This document shows positions 28,691-39,744 of a stretch of 64,000 nt of DNA, piece after piece. The position numbers were made by a program, and so were the translations under genes. The notes under the pieces are model-generated. The model was given only the letters and a program-made list of their open reading frames with translations. It was not told the origin of the DNA and made no database searches. The stretch comes from Alphaproteobacteria bacterium. Lineage in GTDB: Bacteria > Pseudomonadota > Alphaproteobacteria > UBA2966. The first letter of the stretch is position 1; each line of letters begins with the position of its first letter. Location: assembly GCA_964291395.2 (NCBI GenBank), contig OZ219856.1, forward strand, positions 2,240,001-2,304,000, given 5' to 3'.

Positions 28691-28886
28691 CGAAGCTCTC
28701 CCGTCCCGTCGCTTCCGCGATACGCCGCTGATCGCACCGGGGCGCACGCGGAAATTTCCCGGCGGCAACTATGCCCCAGGCGAACGCGCCCCTTCAACCG
28801 GCGAACTCCCGCAACTCCGACTCCCGCGGGCACTTCGTGTAGATCGGGCCCGCTCCCCGGCGACGGGGAGACGCGGATCGAGGGGT

Positions 28887-28996
28887 CGCCCAGTCCGCGA
28901 ACGACGATCGGAACCCATGCGGCACGGCCTCGATCCCGAGCTTCCGGAGTAGATCGGAGAGCATACTATTGTCTATCGCGCGACCCCGCGCCGCCG
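28887..28996 (-). pseudogene. Fragment of a P4-like tyrosine integrase
   Basis: Translates to RGRAIDNSMLSDLLRKLGIEAVPHGFRSSFADWA, the H-x-x-R box of P4-type integrases. No remaining gene. Confidence 0.6.
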
Positions 28997-30313
28997 TCAG
29001 CACACCGAGTCGGGCGGTCGCGACGCTTGGACTCGTCCCCAATCCAGGACCTCGGGTTCCATGATCTCGGGCTCCGGCTCTCCTTCCTCCGGCTCGGACC
29101 GGGGATCGAGCTCTGCGATCACCGGCGTCGTCGTGGGCATCGGCGAGAATGGAGTCTGATCCTCCACGGGAAGCGGCTCGCGCCGCGTCATGCGATACAT
29201 GACGAACGACGCCAGGATCGCCGTTGCGGCCCCGGTGAAGACGAAGAGACCGAAGGGTCCCGCCAGGCCCATGATCGCCGATGCGGCAATCGGGCCGATG
29301 ACCGCGCCGACACCGTACGCGAACAGGAGGCCCGCGCTGACGGATACGAGCTGGGACGTATCGGCGAAGTCGTTGGCATGAGTCACGCCCTGGCCATAGA
29401 GGGTGAAGGCGAGGCCGCCATAGACCGCGACCAAGGAGAGCAGCATGAGGAATGGAAGGTCGCCGACGACGACGATGGCAACACTGGCCGCGGCGGCGCC
29501 CACCAGGACCCACATGACGACTCTGCGGCGGTCGAAGCGGTCCGAGAACCATCCGACAGGCCATTGCAGGACGAGGCCGGCGAAAATGGCCGTGGCCATG
29601 AAGGTCGACACTTGACCCGTGTCGAAACCGCTCTGTTGGGCGAACAAGGGACCCATGTTGAAGAACGCGGCATTGACCGCCCCGGCCGAGAAACACAGCG
29701 CGACGCCGAGGGGAGAGATTCGAGCCAGCGCCAGGATGCCGAGCCGCCCGCTCGGATCGGGCACGGGCGCCTCCATCCGCGTCAGCGCTACGGGGACGAG
29801 GCAGACCGCGAACAGCATGGCGACGACGCTGAATAGAACGAACGTCTCCGGACCGCCGAGGTTCAGCATCAGCTGCCCCGCGCTCAAGGCGAGAAACGAG
29901 GTCACCATGTAGAGGGAGAGAATCCGCCCACGAACCTCGTTGGGGACCTTGGCGTTGATCCACGACTCGGCGATCGTGTAGAGCCCCGCCGTGCAGTATC
30001 CGGTAAGAACCCGCAGAGCGCCCCAAGTGATCTCCGAAATGAACACCGGGTGCAGGAGCGCCGAGCACGCGGCAAGCGCCGCGAGCGCCGCGAACGAACG
30101 GATGTGGCCGACGCGGTCCACGAACCAGCGGCACGTCTGCGCACCGAGTATGAAGCCCACCGAGAAGCAGGAAAGCACGATGCCGACCGACAGAGCCGGC
30201 ATGTCCTCGATCCCCATGCGGACGGCCAGCAACGTCGTGAACAAACCGTTTCCGGTAATGAGCAGTCCCGCGCCTAGGAACAGCGCTCCGAGGACCGGCA
30301 ACAACTGAACCAT
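28997..30313 (-). CDS. MFS transporter (YcaD-like)
   Basis: 12 TM segments; DRVGHIRSF, ESWIN, QWPVGWFSDRFDRR, HAND. Confidence 0.88.
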   Translation of the reverse strand: MVQLLPVLGALFLGAGLLITGNGLFTTLLAVRMGIEDMPALSVGIVLSCFSVGFILGAQTCRWFVDRVGHIRSFAALAALAACSALLHPVFISEITWGALRVLTGYCTAGLYTIAESWINAKVPNEVRGRILSLYMVTSFLALSAGQLMLNLGGPETFVLFSVVAMLFAVCLVPVALTRMEAPVPDPSGRLGILALARISPLGVALCFSAGAVNAAFFNMGPLFAQQSGFDTGQVSTFMATAIFAGLVLQWPVGWFSDRFDRRRVVMWVLVGAAAASVAIVVVGDLPFLMLLSLVAVYGGLAFTLYGQGVTHANDFADTSQLVSVSAGLLFAYGVGAVIGPIAASAIMGLAGPFGLFVFTGAATAILASFVMYRMTRREPLPVEDQTPFSPMPTTTPVIAELDPRSEPEEGEPEPEIMEPEVLDWGRVQASRPPDSVC

Positions 30314-30465
30314 CCGCTATCCCCGATTCATCATTCCACGAGAGTTTTCCGCCGCTACGTGTTGCGGACGACGCTGCGTCAAATGGGAATTCCCGCCCTG
30401 AGACGCAAGATCATTCGCGAAATTCGGTTGGGACCGGACGGGTGTTGGAACGGGAGCGCTGCCGC

Positions 30466-33400
30466 TCACATGTTGCGCCGGTACTGGCCACCCACCTCGA
30501 ATAGGGCATCGGTGATCTGCCCGAGCGAGCAGACGCGGACGGCATCCATCAGCACCGCAAAGACGTTGCCGTTTGCCGCCGCCGCCGTCTGGAGGCGTTC
30601 GAGCATGGCCGGCGCCTCCGCCGCGTGACGCTCGTGAAAGCCGCGCAGACGCTTGAGCTGGCTCTTCTTCTCCCTGTCCGTCGACCGGGCCAATGCCACG
30701 GTCGTCGTCTTCGGCACGTCGGCGTCGGGATCGATGAAGGTGTTGACGCCGACGAGGGGATAACTGCCGTCGTGCTTGCGGGTCTCGTAGTAAAGCGATT
30801 CGTCCTGGATCTTGCCGCGCTGGTAACCGGTTTCCATGGCACCGAGCACTCCTCCGCGCTCGGAGATGCGCTCGAACTCCTTGAGGACCGCCTCTTCCAC
30901 GAGGTCGGTGAGCTCGTCAATGATGAAGGATCCCTGGTTCGGGTTTTCGTTACCGGCCAGACCCCACTCCTTGTTGATGATGAGTTGAATGGCCACGGCC
31001 CGGCGCACCGACTCTTCCGACGGCGTAGTGATCGCCTCGTCGTACGCGTTGGTGTGCAGGCTGTTGGTGCCATCGTAGGTGGCAACCAGCGCCTGCAGAG
31101 TGGTCCGGATATCGTTGAAGGCGTATTCCTGCGCGTGCAGGGAACGTCCCGACGTCTGCGTGTGATACTTGAGCTTCTGACTCCGTTCCGAAGCTCCGTA
31201 TTTCTCGCGCATGGTCACGGCCCAGATCCGCCGAGCCACCCGGCCAAGCACCGTGTATTCCGGGTCCATGCCCGCCGAGAAGAAGAACGACAAGTTGGGG
31301 GCGAAGTCGTCGACATCCATGCCCCGAGCGAGGTACGCCTCCACATACGTGAATCCGTTCGCCAGCGTGAAGGCGAGTTGACTGATCGGATTCGCCCCCG
31401 CCTCGGCGATGTGGTAGCCGGAGATCGATACCGAATAGAAGTTCGTCACGTCGTGTTCGACGAAATACTCCTGGATGTCGCCCATCACCTTGAGCGAGAA
31501 CTCGGTGGAGAACAGGCAGGTGTTCTGGCCCTGGTCCTCCTTGAGGATGTCGGCCTGCACGGTTCCGCGGACGTTTTCGTGCACCCATTGCCGGATCTTC
31601 GCGGCCTCCGCTTTCTTCGGGTCGCGTCCGTGGTCGGTCCTGAACTTGTCGAGCCGCTGATCGATGGCGGTGTTGAGGAACATCGCCATAATCGTGGGTG
31701 CCGGCCCGTTGATGGTCATGGAGACGGACGTCGAGGGGTCGCACAAGTCGAAACCGTCGTACGTCGCCTTCATGTCGTCGAGGGTCGCGATCGACACGCC
31801 CGAGTTGCCGACCTTTCCATAGATGTCGGGCCGCAGGTCGGGATCGTTGCCGTAGAGCGTCACCGAGTCGAAAGCCGTCGACAGGCGCTTGGCGTCCGAG
31901 TGCTTGGACAGGAGCTTGAAGCGCTTGTTGGTGCGGAACGGATCACCCTCGCCCGCGAACATCCGCGTGGGGTCTTCGCCCCGGCGCTTGAAGGGGAATA
32001 CGCCCGCGGTGAACGGGAAGTATCCCGGCAGGTTCTCCCGCCGGCGCCACCTCAACAGCTCGCCCTCGTCTTCGTATTCCGGCAACGCGACGCGCGACAG
32101 CTCGTTGCCGCAGATCGTCGTCGCGGTCAGCGGCGTGCGGACCTCCCGCCCCCGCACCCGATAGGTATACTCCCTGCCGGAATAGGCCTTCTTCACCTCC
32201 GGCCAGTCGGCCAGCAACCGTCGCGATTCTTCATCGAGGGCGGCTTCCTTCCCCTCCGCGAGTTGGTCCAGGTCATCCGTCCCGCCGCCGACGTCTCTTA
32301 CCATCGCCGCGGCGGCACGAAGCTGCTGACGTTCGCGCGCGATCCGTACCTGGGCTTCCGTGGCTCGGTGGTATTTCCGCACCGTGTCTGCGATTTCGGC
32401 GAGATACCGCGTCCGGTCGGCCGGCACGATCAGATCGCGGTCCGAAGAAGTCCTGGCCCGGACCGGAGAGAGACCGCCGGTCCAATCGGCGAAACCGCGT
32501 TCCGCGAGCAACCCCACGACCGCCTGATACAAGGCCGTGACGCCGTCGTCGTTGAACTTCGAGGCGATGGTTCCGAACACCGGCATCTCCTCGGGCGGCA
32601 TTCCGAACAGCTCGTGGTTGCGCTGATACTGCTTGCGCACGTCGCGGAGCGCGTCTTCGGCCCCCCTCCGATCGAACTTGTTGATCGCCACGAGGTCGGC
32701 GAGATCCAGCATGTCGATCTTCTCGAGCTGGCTCGCAGCGCCGTATTCCGGCGTCATGGCGTAGATCGCAAGGTCGACGAAGGGTACGATTTCCGCATCC
32801 CCCTGCCCGATGCCCGACGTCTCGACGATGACGAGGTCGTGACCCGCCGCCCGGCACGCCGTGACCGCATCGGGGAGACAGCCCGCAAGCTCCGTGCCCG
32901 AGCCGCGCGTCGCCAGCGAGCGCACGTAGACGTTCGAACCGTGAATCGCGTTCATGCGGATGCGATCGCCGAGAAGCGCGCCGCCCGTTCGGCGCTTCGA
33001 TGGATCGACGGCGATGACCGCGACCGTGAGCTCGGGTCGATGCTGCCGGAACCGCCGGACGATTTCGTCCGTGAGGGAGGATTTCCCGGCGCCGCCGGTT
33101 CCGGTCAGGCCGATGACGGGGCACCTGCCGCGCGCCTTTGCACGCTTTTCGATGTCCTTGCGGAACCGCGCCCCGGGCTTGCCGAGCTCGAGCGCCGTGA
33201 TGACGCGCGCCAGCGTGCCGTGGTCGCCCGTGTCGAGCCCGTCCAGACTTTTGGGCAGCGAACCGGCAAGGTCGAAGTCGGCCCGCCGGAGCATGTCGTC
33301 GATCATGCCCTGCAGGCCCAGCTTTTGGCCGTCTTCGGGCGAGTAGACGCGCGCGACGCCGTAGTCGTGGAGTTCCCGAATTTCCTCCGGCACGATGACG

Positions 33401-33816
33401 CCGCCGCCGCCGCCGAAGACCTTGATGTGCGACGCCCCCCGCTCCGTGAGAAGATCGATCACGTACTTGAAGAACTCGACGTGCCCGCCCTGGTAGGAGC
33501 TAACCGCGATGCCGTGGGCATCCTCCTGAACGGCCGCCGTCACGATCTCGTCGACCGAGCGGTTGTGGCCGAGGTGAACGACTTCGGCGCCCGCCGCCTG
33601 AAGGATTCGCCGCATGACGTTGATCGAGGCATCGTGGCCGTCGAACAGGCTGGTGGCCGTCACGAAACGTAGCGTGCGCTTCGGCACGTAGCGCCTGCTG
33701 GCCGCCCTCTCCGCCTTCGCCGACGTCGGACGGCGCTTCGCCCGGGACTTCGACGACCCGTTCCCGTTCCGGCCCTTGGCCTCCAGTTTCTTGGCCGATC
33801 CCGCGTTTTCCAGCAA
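30466..33816 (-). CDS. icmF: Fused isobutyryl-CoA mutase/GTPase chaperone
   Basis: B12-binding DGHDAS; MeaB-type P-loop [20 protein letters not shown]; mutase [10 protein letters not shown] (Phe, ICM-type); C-terminal [11 protein letters not shown] 33816 after GGAGGAG. Confidence 0.93.
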   Translation of the reverse strand: MLENAGSAKKLEAKGRNGNGSSKSRAKRRPTSAKAERAASRRYVPKRTLRFVTATSLFDGHDASINVMRRILQAAGAEVVHLGHNRSVDEIVTAAVQEDAHGIAVSSYQGGHVEFFKYVIDLLTERGASHIKVFGGGGGVIVPEEIRELHDYGVARVYSPEDGQKLGLQGMIDDMLRRADFDLAGSLPKSLDGLDTGDHGTLARVITALELGKPGARFRKDIEKRAKARGRCPVIGLTGTGGAGKSSLTDEIVRRFRQHRPELTVAVIAVDPSKRRTGGALLGDRIRMNAIHGSNVYVRSLATRGSGTELAGCLPDAVTACRAAGHDLVIVETSGIGQGDAEIVPFVDLAIYAMTPEYGAASQLEKIDMLDLADLVAINKFDRRGAEDALRDVRKQYQRNHELFGMPPEEMPVFGTIASKFNDDGVTALYQAVVGLLAERGFADWTGGLSPVRARTSSDRDLIVPADRTRYLAEIADTVRKYHRATEAQVRIARERQQLRAAAAMVRDVGGGTDDLDQLAEGKEAALDEESRRLLADWPEVKKAYSGREYTYRVRGREVRTPLTATTICGNELSRVALPEYEDEGELLRWRRRENLPGYFPFTAGVFPFKRRGEDPTRMFAGEGDPFRTNKRFKLLSKHSDAKRLSTAFDSVTLYGNDPDLRPDIYGKVGNSGVSIATLDDMKATYDGFDLCDPSTSVSMTINGPAPTIMAMFLNTAIDQRLDKFRTDHGRDPKKAEAAKIRQWVHENVRGTVQADILKEDQGQNTCLFSTEFSLKVMGDIQEYFVEHDVTNFYSVSISGYHIAEAGANPISQLAFTLANGFTYVEAYLARGMDVDDFAPNLSFFFSAGMDPEYTVLGRVARRIWAVTMREKYGASERSQKLKYHTQTSGRSLHAQEYAFNDIRTTLQALVATYDGTNSLHTNAYDEAITTPSEESVRRAVAIQLIINKEWGLAGNENPNQGSFIIDELTDLVEEAVLKEFERISERGGVLGAMETGYQRGKIQDESLYYETRKHDGSYPLVGVNTFIDPDADVPKTTTVALARSTDREKKSQLKRLRGFHERHAAEAPAMLERLQTAAAANGNVFAVLMDAVRVCSLGQITDALFEVGGQYRRNM

Positions 33817-33858
33817 GGACTCTCCTCCGCAACGGCGTTTGAAGCCGGGTGTTCTTAG

Positions 33859-34977
<1,119 letters not shown>

Positions 34978-35213
34978 GGACGCACCACGCGCCGGAGGTT
35001 CAGTTAGCTCAAAGTCTTGGCGGGCACGCTTAGCCTTGGCCCCCAGTTTGGGCACTCACGCACATAAGTCCCATTTCATTGCCCGTTGCCTCGGAAGGAC
35101 CAGAAACCGCAGTTCCCCGTGCGTCTCGCCTCATCACGCATAACCTCGGCACTTCCCACTTCACACCATGTGGGGACTCCAAGGATTCTGCCTCCGTGTC
35201 CCCGGCCGGATTG

Positions 35214-36527
35214 CTACCGGTGCGCCCTGAACGGCGTCAGATCGATGCCCGGGTCGCGACCCGCGACGAGATCGGAGATCAGCCGCCCCGTGAGCGGCCC
35301 GAGCGACAGGCCGTAGTGCTGATGCCCGAAAGCGAAATACACGTCTGGATACATGGGCGACGGCCCGATCACCGGCCGGGAATCCGGAAGCGTCGGGCGA
35401 AATCCGAGCCACGCGCTCAGTTCCCGCGTTTCCAGACCGGGAAGCATGCGTTTGGCGTGCGGGAGCAGACGGCGAACCCAACCGTAGTCGGGAGGCGCCG
35501 AGAGACTGGCGAGTTCGACGCCATGCGCGAGCCGCAATCCCTCCTCCATGGGGGTGATGGCAAAGCCGTAATCCCCATGGAGGAGAGGCCGCGTGGGTCC
35601 CGGCGTCATCGCGGGCAACATGAAATGGTAGCCCCGCTCGGTATCGAGCGGCACGTCGCCGCCCAATTGCCGGGCCAAGCCCCGCGACCACGCCCCGGCC
35701 GCAAGCACGATCCCGTCGGCCTCAACGTTGTCGCCTCCAACCCGGACTGCTCGGGGCCGCCCCACTAGGTCGAAACCGGTCACCTCCCCGGTCCTGAGTC
35801 GACCGCCTCTGCCCACGAAATCCGCGGCGAAAGCCTGGACCACGCGCAGGGGATTGGTGAGTGAATCGAACTCCGGGAAATACAGTCCCCGACCGAAGAT
35901 CGGCGCGATCGTCGGCTCCATCTGGCGGATCTCATCGGCGTCGAGGATTTCGTACCGGCCGCCGTGGTGATCGTAGAGCGCGCGTACGTCCGCCGTGGCA
36001 TCGAATGCCGCGTCGCTCTCGTACACCTTGAGCCAGCCTTTCTGGATGACGAAATTCTGCGCCCCCGTCTGTTCTACCAGATCACGCCACGCCGGCTTGA
36101 CGTGCCGGGCGAGCGTCGCCAGGGCGGCGGCGTTGGCGTTGACCCGCGACGCGCGGGTTTGGCCCAATAGCCGCACCAGCCAGGGCGTCAGTCGCGGCAG
36201 ACAGGACCAGCGCATCGTGAAATAGGGCTGGATGCCCGACAGGAATTTCGGGAGGTCCCGCCACATGCCCGGCATACCCACGGGAACGGACGCGCCGTGG
36301 ACGATGATGCCGGCGTTGCCGTAGGACGTTCCCCGCCCGGGTTCGCCGCGGTCAATCAACGTGACGTTATGGCCGTCCCGCTGAAGGTAGAGCGCGCACG
36401 AAACACCAACGATGCCGGCGCCGATCACGACCATGTCGCGCGGCACCGGGCGATGGTCGCGTCTGGGCATTCGCGCGCGTTCCGGCACAGGCAGATTGTT
36501 GCCGTTTTCTTCGGGGCTTCCCACCAC
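35214..36527 (-). CDS. D-amino acid dehydrogenase-like FAD-dependent oxidoreductase (DadA/DAO family)
   Basis: GAGIVG, TSYGNAG, ERGYH, WLGFRPTLPDSRPVIG, FGHQHYG. True start may be downstream. Confidence 0.88.
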   Translation of the reverse strand: MVGSPEENGNNLPVPERARMPRRDHRPVPRDMVVIGAGIVGVSCALYLQRDGHNVTLIDRGEPGRGTSYGNAGIIVHGASVPVGMPGMWRDLPKFLSGIQPYFTMRWSCLPRLTPWLVRLLGQTRASRVNANAAALATLARHVKPAWRDLVEQTGAQNFVIQKGWLKVYESDAAFDATADVRALYDHHGGRYEILDADEIRQMEPTIAPIFGRGLYFPEFDSLTNPLRVVQAFAADFVGRGGRLRTGEVTGFDLVGRPRAVRVGGDNVEADGIVLAAGAWSRGLARQLGGDVPLDTERGYHFMLPAMTPGPTRPLLHGDYGFAITPMEEGLRLAHGVELASLSAPPDYGWVRRLLPHAKRMLPGLETRELSAWLGFRPTLPDSRPVIGPSPMYPDVYFAFGHQHYGLSLGPLTGRLISDLVAGRDPGIDLTPFRAHR

Positions 36528-36661
36528 AATATGTCACCCGCCCGTGACGCAGTGCTTGCGCCGGGAATTGCGAATCTATATACGTCCGCCCTCCGAGGCC
36601 TTGGCCGTGCGGGTTCCGGAACCTCCGTGAGTGAATTGACGTTACGTGGGTAAGAAGACAC

Positions 36662-37042
36662 ATGTGGGGCCAGCACCTCATTCTCGACATGTGCGATTGC
36701 GACCGCGGGGCCATCGGCAATCCCGATACGATCCGGGCGTTCACCGCCGAGCTTGTCGAGGCCATCGGGATGAGGGCTTATGGAGAGCCCGTCCTTGAAC
36801 ACTTCGCGACCCACGATCCCGCCGCGAGCGGCTACACGCTGGTCCAGCTCATCGAGACGTCGAACGTCACGGCGCACTTCGCCGAGCGATCCGGCGACGT
36901 CTATCTCGACGTATTCTCGTGCAAGGCGTTCTCGGAAGAGAACGCGATCGGCGTATGCCGGAAGTACTTCGCGCCACGCGACGTCAGGCGCACGTCGCTC
37001 AAGCGTGGCGTGAAACCCCCGGACGTCAGCGACGCCGCTTAG
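36662..37042 (+). CDS. S-adenosylmethionine decarboxylase-like pyruvoyl proenzyme (SpeD/SpeH family, atypical motif)
   Basis: WGQHLILD..CD, LVEAIGM, LIETSNVTAH, YLDVFSCK; 126 aa. Confidence 0.8.
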   Translation: MWGQHLILDMCDCDRGAIGNPDTIRAFTAELVEAIGMRAYGEPVLEHFATHDPAASGYTLVQLIETSNVTAHFAERSGDVYLDVFSCKAFSEENAIGVCRKYFAPRDVRRTSLKRGVKPPDVSDAA

Positions 37043-37068
37043 CGCCCCGCGCGGCCGGAAGACCGCTC

Positions 37069-37383
37069 ATGCCACACGTACTCAAGTTCGACCGCTTCCG
37101 GATGGCCGTCGCCGCGTACCTGACCAACCGCTCACCGCTCGCCCTTGTCGAGTGCCTGGATGTGGTGGACTCACATTGGCTCCATGTGCGGACGGCTTGG
37201 GAACTGGGCAGGCGATTTCAAGACTGTGCGAGTCCGTTGATCGCCGCAATGAGAAGGTCGATGGGAGATATGACTTCCGAGGCGGTGCCTCGTCAGCTCG
37301 CCCTGCCCTTCGGGCCGTTGCAGCAGAGGTTCCAGTTTTCAGGCCCGGTCGCGCTGACGCCCTACGCCCTCGCCCACTCGTAG
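37069..37383 (+). CDS. Hypothetical protein (104 aa)
   Basis: MPHVLKFDRFRMAVAAYL...; fills the gap downstream of the AdoMetDC-like gene; no motif recognised. Confidence 0.35.
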   Translation: MPHVLKFDRFRMAVAAYLTNRSPLALVECLDVVDSHWLHVRTAWELGRRFQDCASPLIAAMRRSMGDMTSEAVPRQLALPFGPLQQRFQFSGPVALTPYALAHS

Positions 37384-37419
37384 GCCGACGGTTGGGTGAC
37401 GGCCGGCGAATTCAAACGC

Positions 37420-37962
37420 TCAGCTTTTCAGCAGCCTGTTCGACTCCTCGAAAACACGCTTGGTGTGCTCGACGTCGTAAGGGTGCTCCTGACGCGTCTC
37501 AGGGTCCCACTCGCTTCGCGGCGTATTGAAGAAGTCGCCACCGTAAACGTGGATGGCCGCCGTGATCTTGTCCAACGGGTTGTGCACCGAGTGGATGACA
37601 GGCACCCCCAACGGCGCAGCGTCCCTGGTCACCAGCCGTTTCGCCGACGTGATCTCAAGGCCACCAATCGCGCGCTTGTAGAAGGTGTTGTCTTCCTGTC
37701 CGCCATAGATGCCGATGATCGCCCACATGAGATGGTTGTGGGGATGCATGGTCATGCGCGGACCCCACAGCACGTTGAGGATCGTCAGATCCTCCCCTTG
37801 GTAAATCGTGTCGACGCCCGCCCGCGTGGGCTCCCCGAGCTCCCGCAGCACATCGTCCGGATGCGCCACGGCGCGCTCGACGACTCCTCGGACGGCACCG
37901 TGGGTATCGTCCTCGCGTAACGCTTCCTTGCAATCCTCGATGAATCGGCCGACCTCGAACAA
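37420..37962 (-). CDS. Cysteine/thiol dioxygenase-like cupin
   Basis: HPHNH..W..IGIY.G.EDN, IHSVHN, AIHVYGGDF. Confidence 0.75.
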   Translation of the reverse strand: MFEVGRFIEDCKEALREDDTHGAVRGVVERAVAHPDDVLRELGEPTRAGVDTIYQGEDLTILNVLWGPRMTMHPHNHLMWAIIGIYGGQEDNTFYKRAIGGLEITSAKRLVTRDAAPLGVPVIHSVHNPLDKITAAIHVYGGDFFNTPRSEWDPETRQEHPYDVEHTKRVFEESNRLLKS

Positions 37963-37963
37963 T

Positions 37964-38263
37964 CTACGGCGCCTCCTTCTTCAACAACCGGATGGCGATG
38001 TCGTCCCACTCCGTCGCCAGCGGCGCGGTCGAGTATTCCTTTCCGGCGCGGCGATACCAACCACCCGCGTTGGATTCGTCGCCTTCCATCCGATGCAAAT
38101 AAGCGTGCACCCAGGAACCGTCTTCATCCTTTTGGGACTGGGCGAGCTCGTGGGCACGGCGCCAATCACCCTTGGCCTCCCACCACAACGCCCGGAGCGC
38201 GGCGCTCAGGCCCTCGGCCGGGGACTCGTCTCGCAGAGAGGCTTTGAAGTCCGTCAGGTCCAT
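37964..38263 (-). CDS. Small helical hypothetical protein
   Basis: GDWRRAHELAQ...WVHAYLHRMEGDESNAGGWYRRAG; GGGAG SD before ATG 38263; alternative GTG start at 38293. Confidence 0.7.
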   Translation of the reverse strand: MDLTDFKASLRDESPAEGLSAALRALWWEAKGDWRRAHELAQSQKDEDGSWVHAYLHRMEGDESNAGGWYRRAGKEYSTAPLATEWDDIAIRLLKKEAP

Positions 38264-38289
38264 GGCGAACGTACTCCCTTTGGCGGCTC

Positions 38290-39672
38290 TCACGGCCCGG
38301 AACCGAGCTCGGCTTCGACCTCGGCCAGCCGCCGTTCGACGAAGGTTTGCCGCTCCTCGCCCCAGAGATGATCGGCTGCGGCGATGGCGTCGTTGATGCG
38401 CCGGCCGACCTCTCCCAGGAGCGCCCAGTCCTCGTCCGGGTCCGGACGCCTGGGAATCCGCAGCGTCGTGTCCTGGGAGAAGGTCCTGACCGGTCGGGAC
38501 TCGCCGTCGGCCGGCGGCGGTAGGAGGTCGTCGCGCTCGCCGTTCAGCACCTGCCGCAGCATACGTCGCCGAGCCTGCACGCCGGCATCCGTCGACCCGA
38601 GGTTCTCCGCGGCATGGACGGCGATGGGCCGCTGCGCCGTCAAAGCCTCCCAGTCTCCGGGATCCCGCTGTCCGGCCTCGTAGGTAGGACGGGCGACCTG
38701 GGCGTCGAAGTCCACCATGTTCTTGCCGATCTCACCTTCGTCGGCCTTGCCCCAGGGATCGACGAAATCGTTGAGGTGACGCCAGCCGAACATGACCGTG
38801 TTCGTGTCATCGATTGGGACCGCCCATCGCGTGGCATAGACGCGCCGGAACAGGGCCGGCTCGAGACCCTCCTCCCACGGCGAGCCGAGCTCTCCGATAT
38901 TCGGGGTCACGGCATGATTCATGCGGTTCCACACGAGCTCGTCCGTCGTGCGCCGCGTCGTGCTGTGCGTGATGCCGGACCCACCGGGGGTTTCGAAGAA
39001 GTGACAGTAGGGCCTGAGAAGGAAACTCTCCGTAAGCTGGGTGGAGGCGTACGAGCTGTGGAGGAACATCGAGTGGATCGGATCGACGTAATTGTCCGTC
39101 ACCTGCAGCCAGTTGCAGGGGAAGGTCACCTCGAAACTCTTCATCCGGGTGTCCCAGAGGTCGTATCCATCGAAGACGGGGAAGTCGGGCTGCAGCGCCG
39201 TTGGCCCCATGTAGGCGAATACCAGACCGCCCTCCTCGCGAGCCGGATAGGCACCATGTCTAAAGCTGTCCTTCAGCTTCGAGTTCGGCGGCTCACCCGG
39301 TGTGTCCAGGATGGTTCCGTCGGCGTCGAACAACCAACCGTGGTAGCAACACCGCAAACCCCGCTCGGAGACGATGCCGTATTCCAGGGACGTGCCCCGG
39401 TGGCTGCAATGGCGATGCAGCACGCCGACCTGGCCAGATTTGTCGCGAAACGCGACTAGGTCTTCGCCCATGATCCGGATCGCCTTGGGCAGATCCGCCA
39501 GATCTTCCGACATGCAGACCGGCTGCCAGAAACGCCTCAGGTATTCTCCCATGGCCGTTCCCGAACCGACGTGGGTCAATTCGGGATTCTCGCGCGGCAC
39601 GTCCCGTTTGAAATAGCCCTGGTAGGCCCCCGCGCCAACGGGTGTGATCCGGTCCTGAACGGCCATCGACAT
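38290..39672 (-). CDS. Rieske oxygenase alpha subunit, copy 3
   Basis: CSH...CCYHGW; DNYVDPIHSMFLH. Confidence 0.9.
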   Translation of the reverse strand: MSMAVQDRITPVGAGAYQGYFKRDVPRENPELTHVGSGTAMGEYLRRFWQPVCMSEDLADLPKAIRIMGEDLVAFRDKSGQVGVLHRHCSHRGTSLEYGIVSERGLRCCYHGWLFDADGTILDTPGEPPNSKLKDSFRHGAYPAREEGGLVFAYMGPTALQPDFPVFDGYDLWDTRMKSFEVTFPCNWLQVTDNYVDPIHSMFLHSSYASTQLTESFLLRPYCHFFETPGGSGITHSTTRRTTDELVWNRMNHAVTPNIGELGSPWEEGLEPALFRRVYATRWAVPIDDTNTVMFGWRHLNDFVDPWGKADEGEIGKNMVDFDAQVARPTYEAGQRDPGDWEALTAQRPIAVHAAENLGSTDAGVQARRRMLRQVLNGERDDLLPPPADGESRPVRTFSQDTTLRIPRRPDPDEDWALLGEVGRRINDAIAAADHLWGEERQTFVERRLAEVEAELGSGP

Positions 39673-39744
39673 CTCTATGACTCTCGCGTTGCCTCGGCGG
39701 TACCGCTTCGGTACGGCCGGATCATGATTTTACTGGCCACGGGA

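Noticed and set aside
30625-33672. Very long antisense or alternate-frame ORFs (also 4675..6519, 13120..15228, 26969..29836, 43541..45895, 61716..63491)
   Set aside because: They shadow well-supported genes, carry no motifs, and are expected from high-GC codon bias.
34980-35210. Lower-GC spacer after hemB with minus-strand TAACTGAACCTCCGG...GTGGTG, loosely like a group II intron domain V start
   Set aside because: The domain V hairpin cannot be formed and no RT or transposase remnant is recognisable.
36533-36548. GTCAC...GTGAC hairpin upstream of the AdoMetDC-like gene as a SAM-SAH or SAM-II riboswitch
   Set aside because: Loop is only 6 nt and lacks the conserved SAM-SAH and SAM-II sequences.
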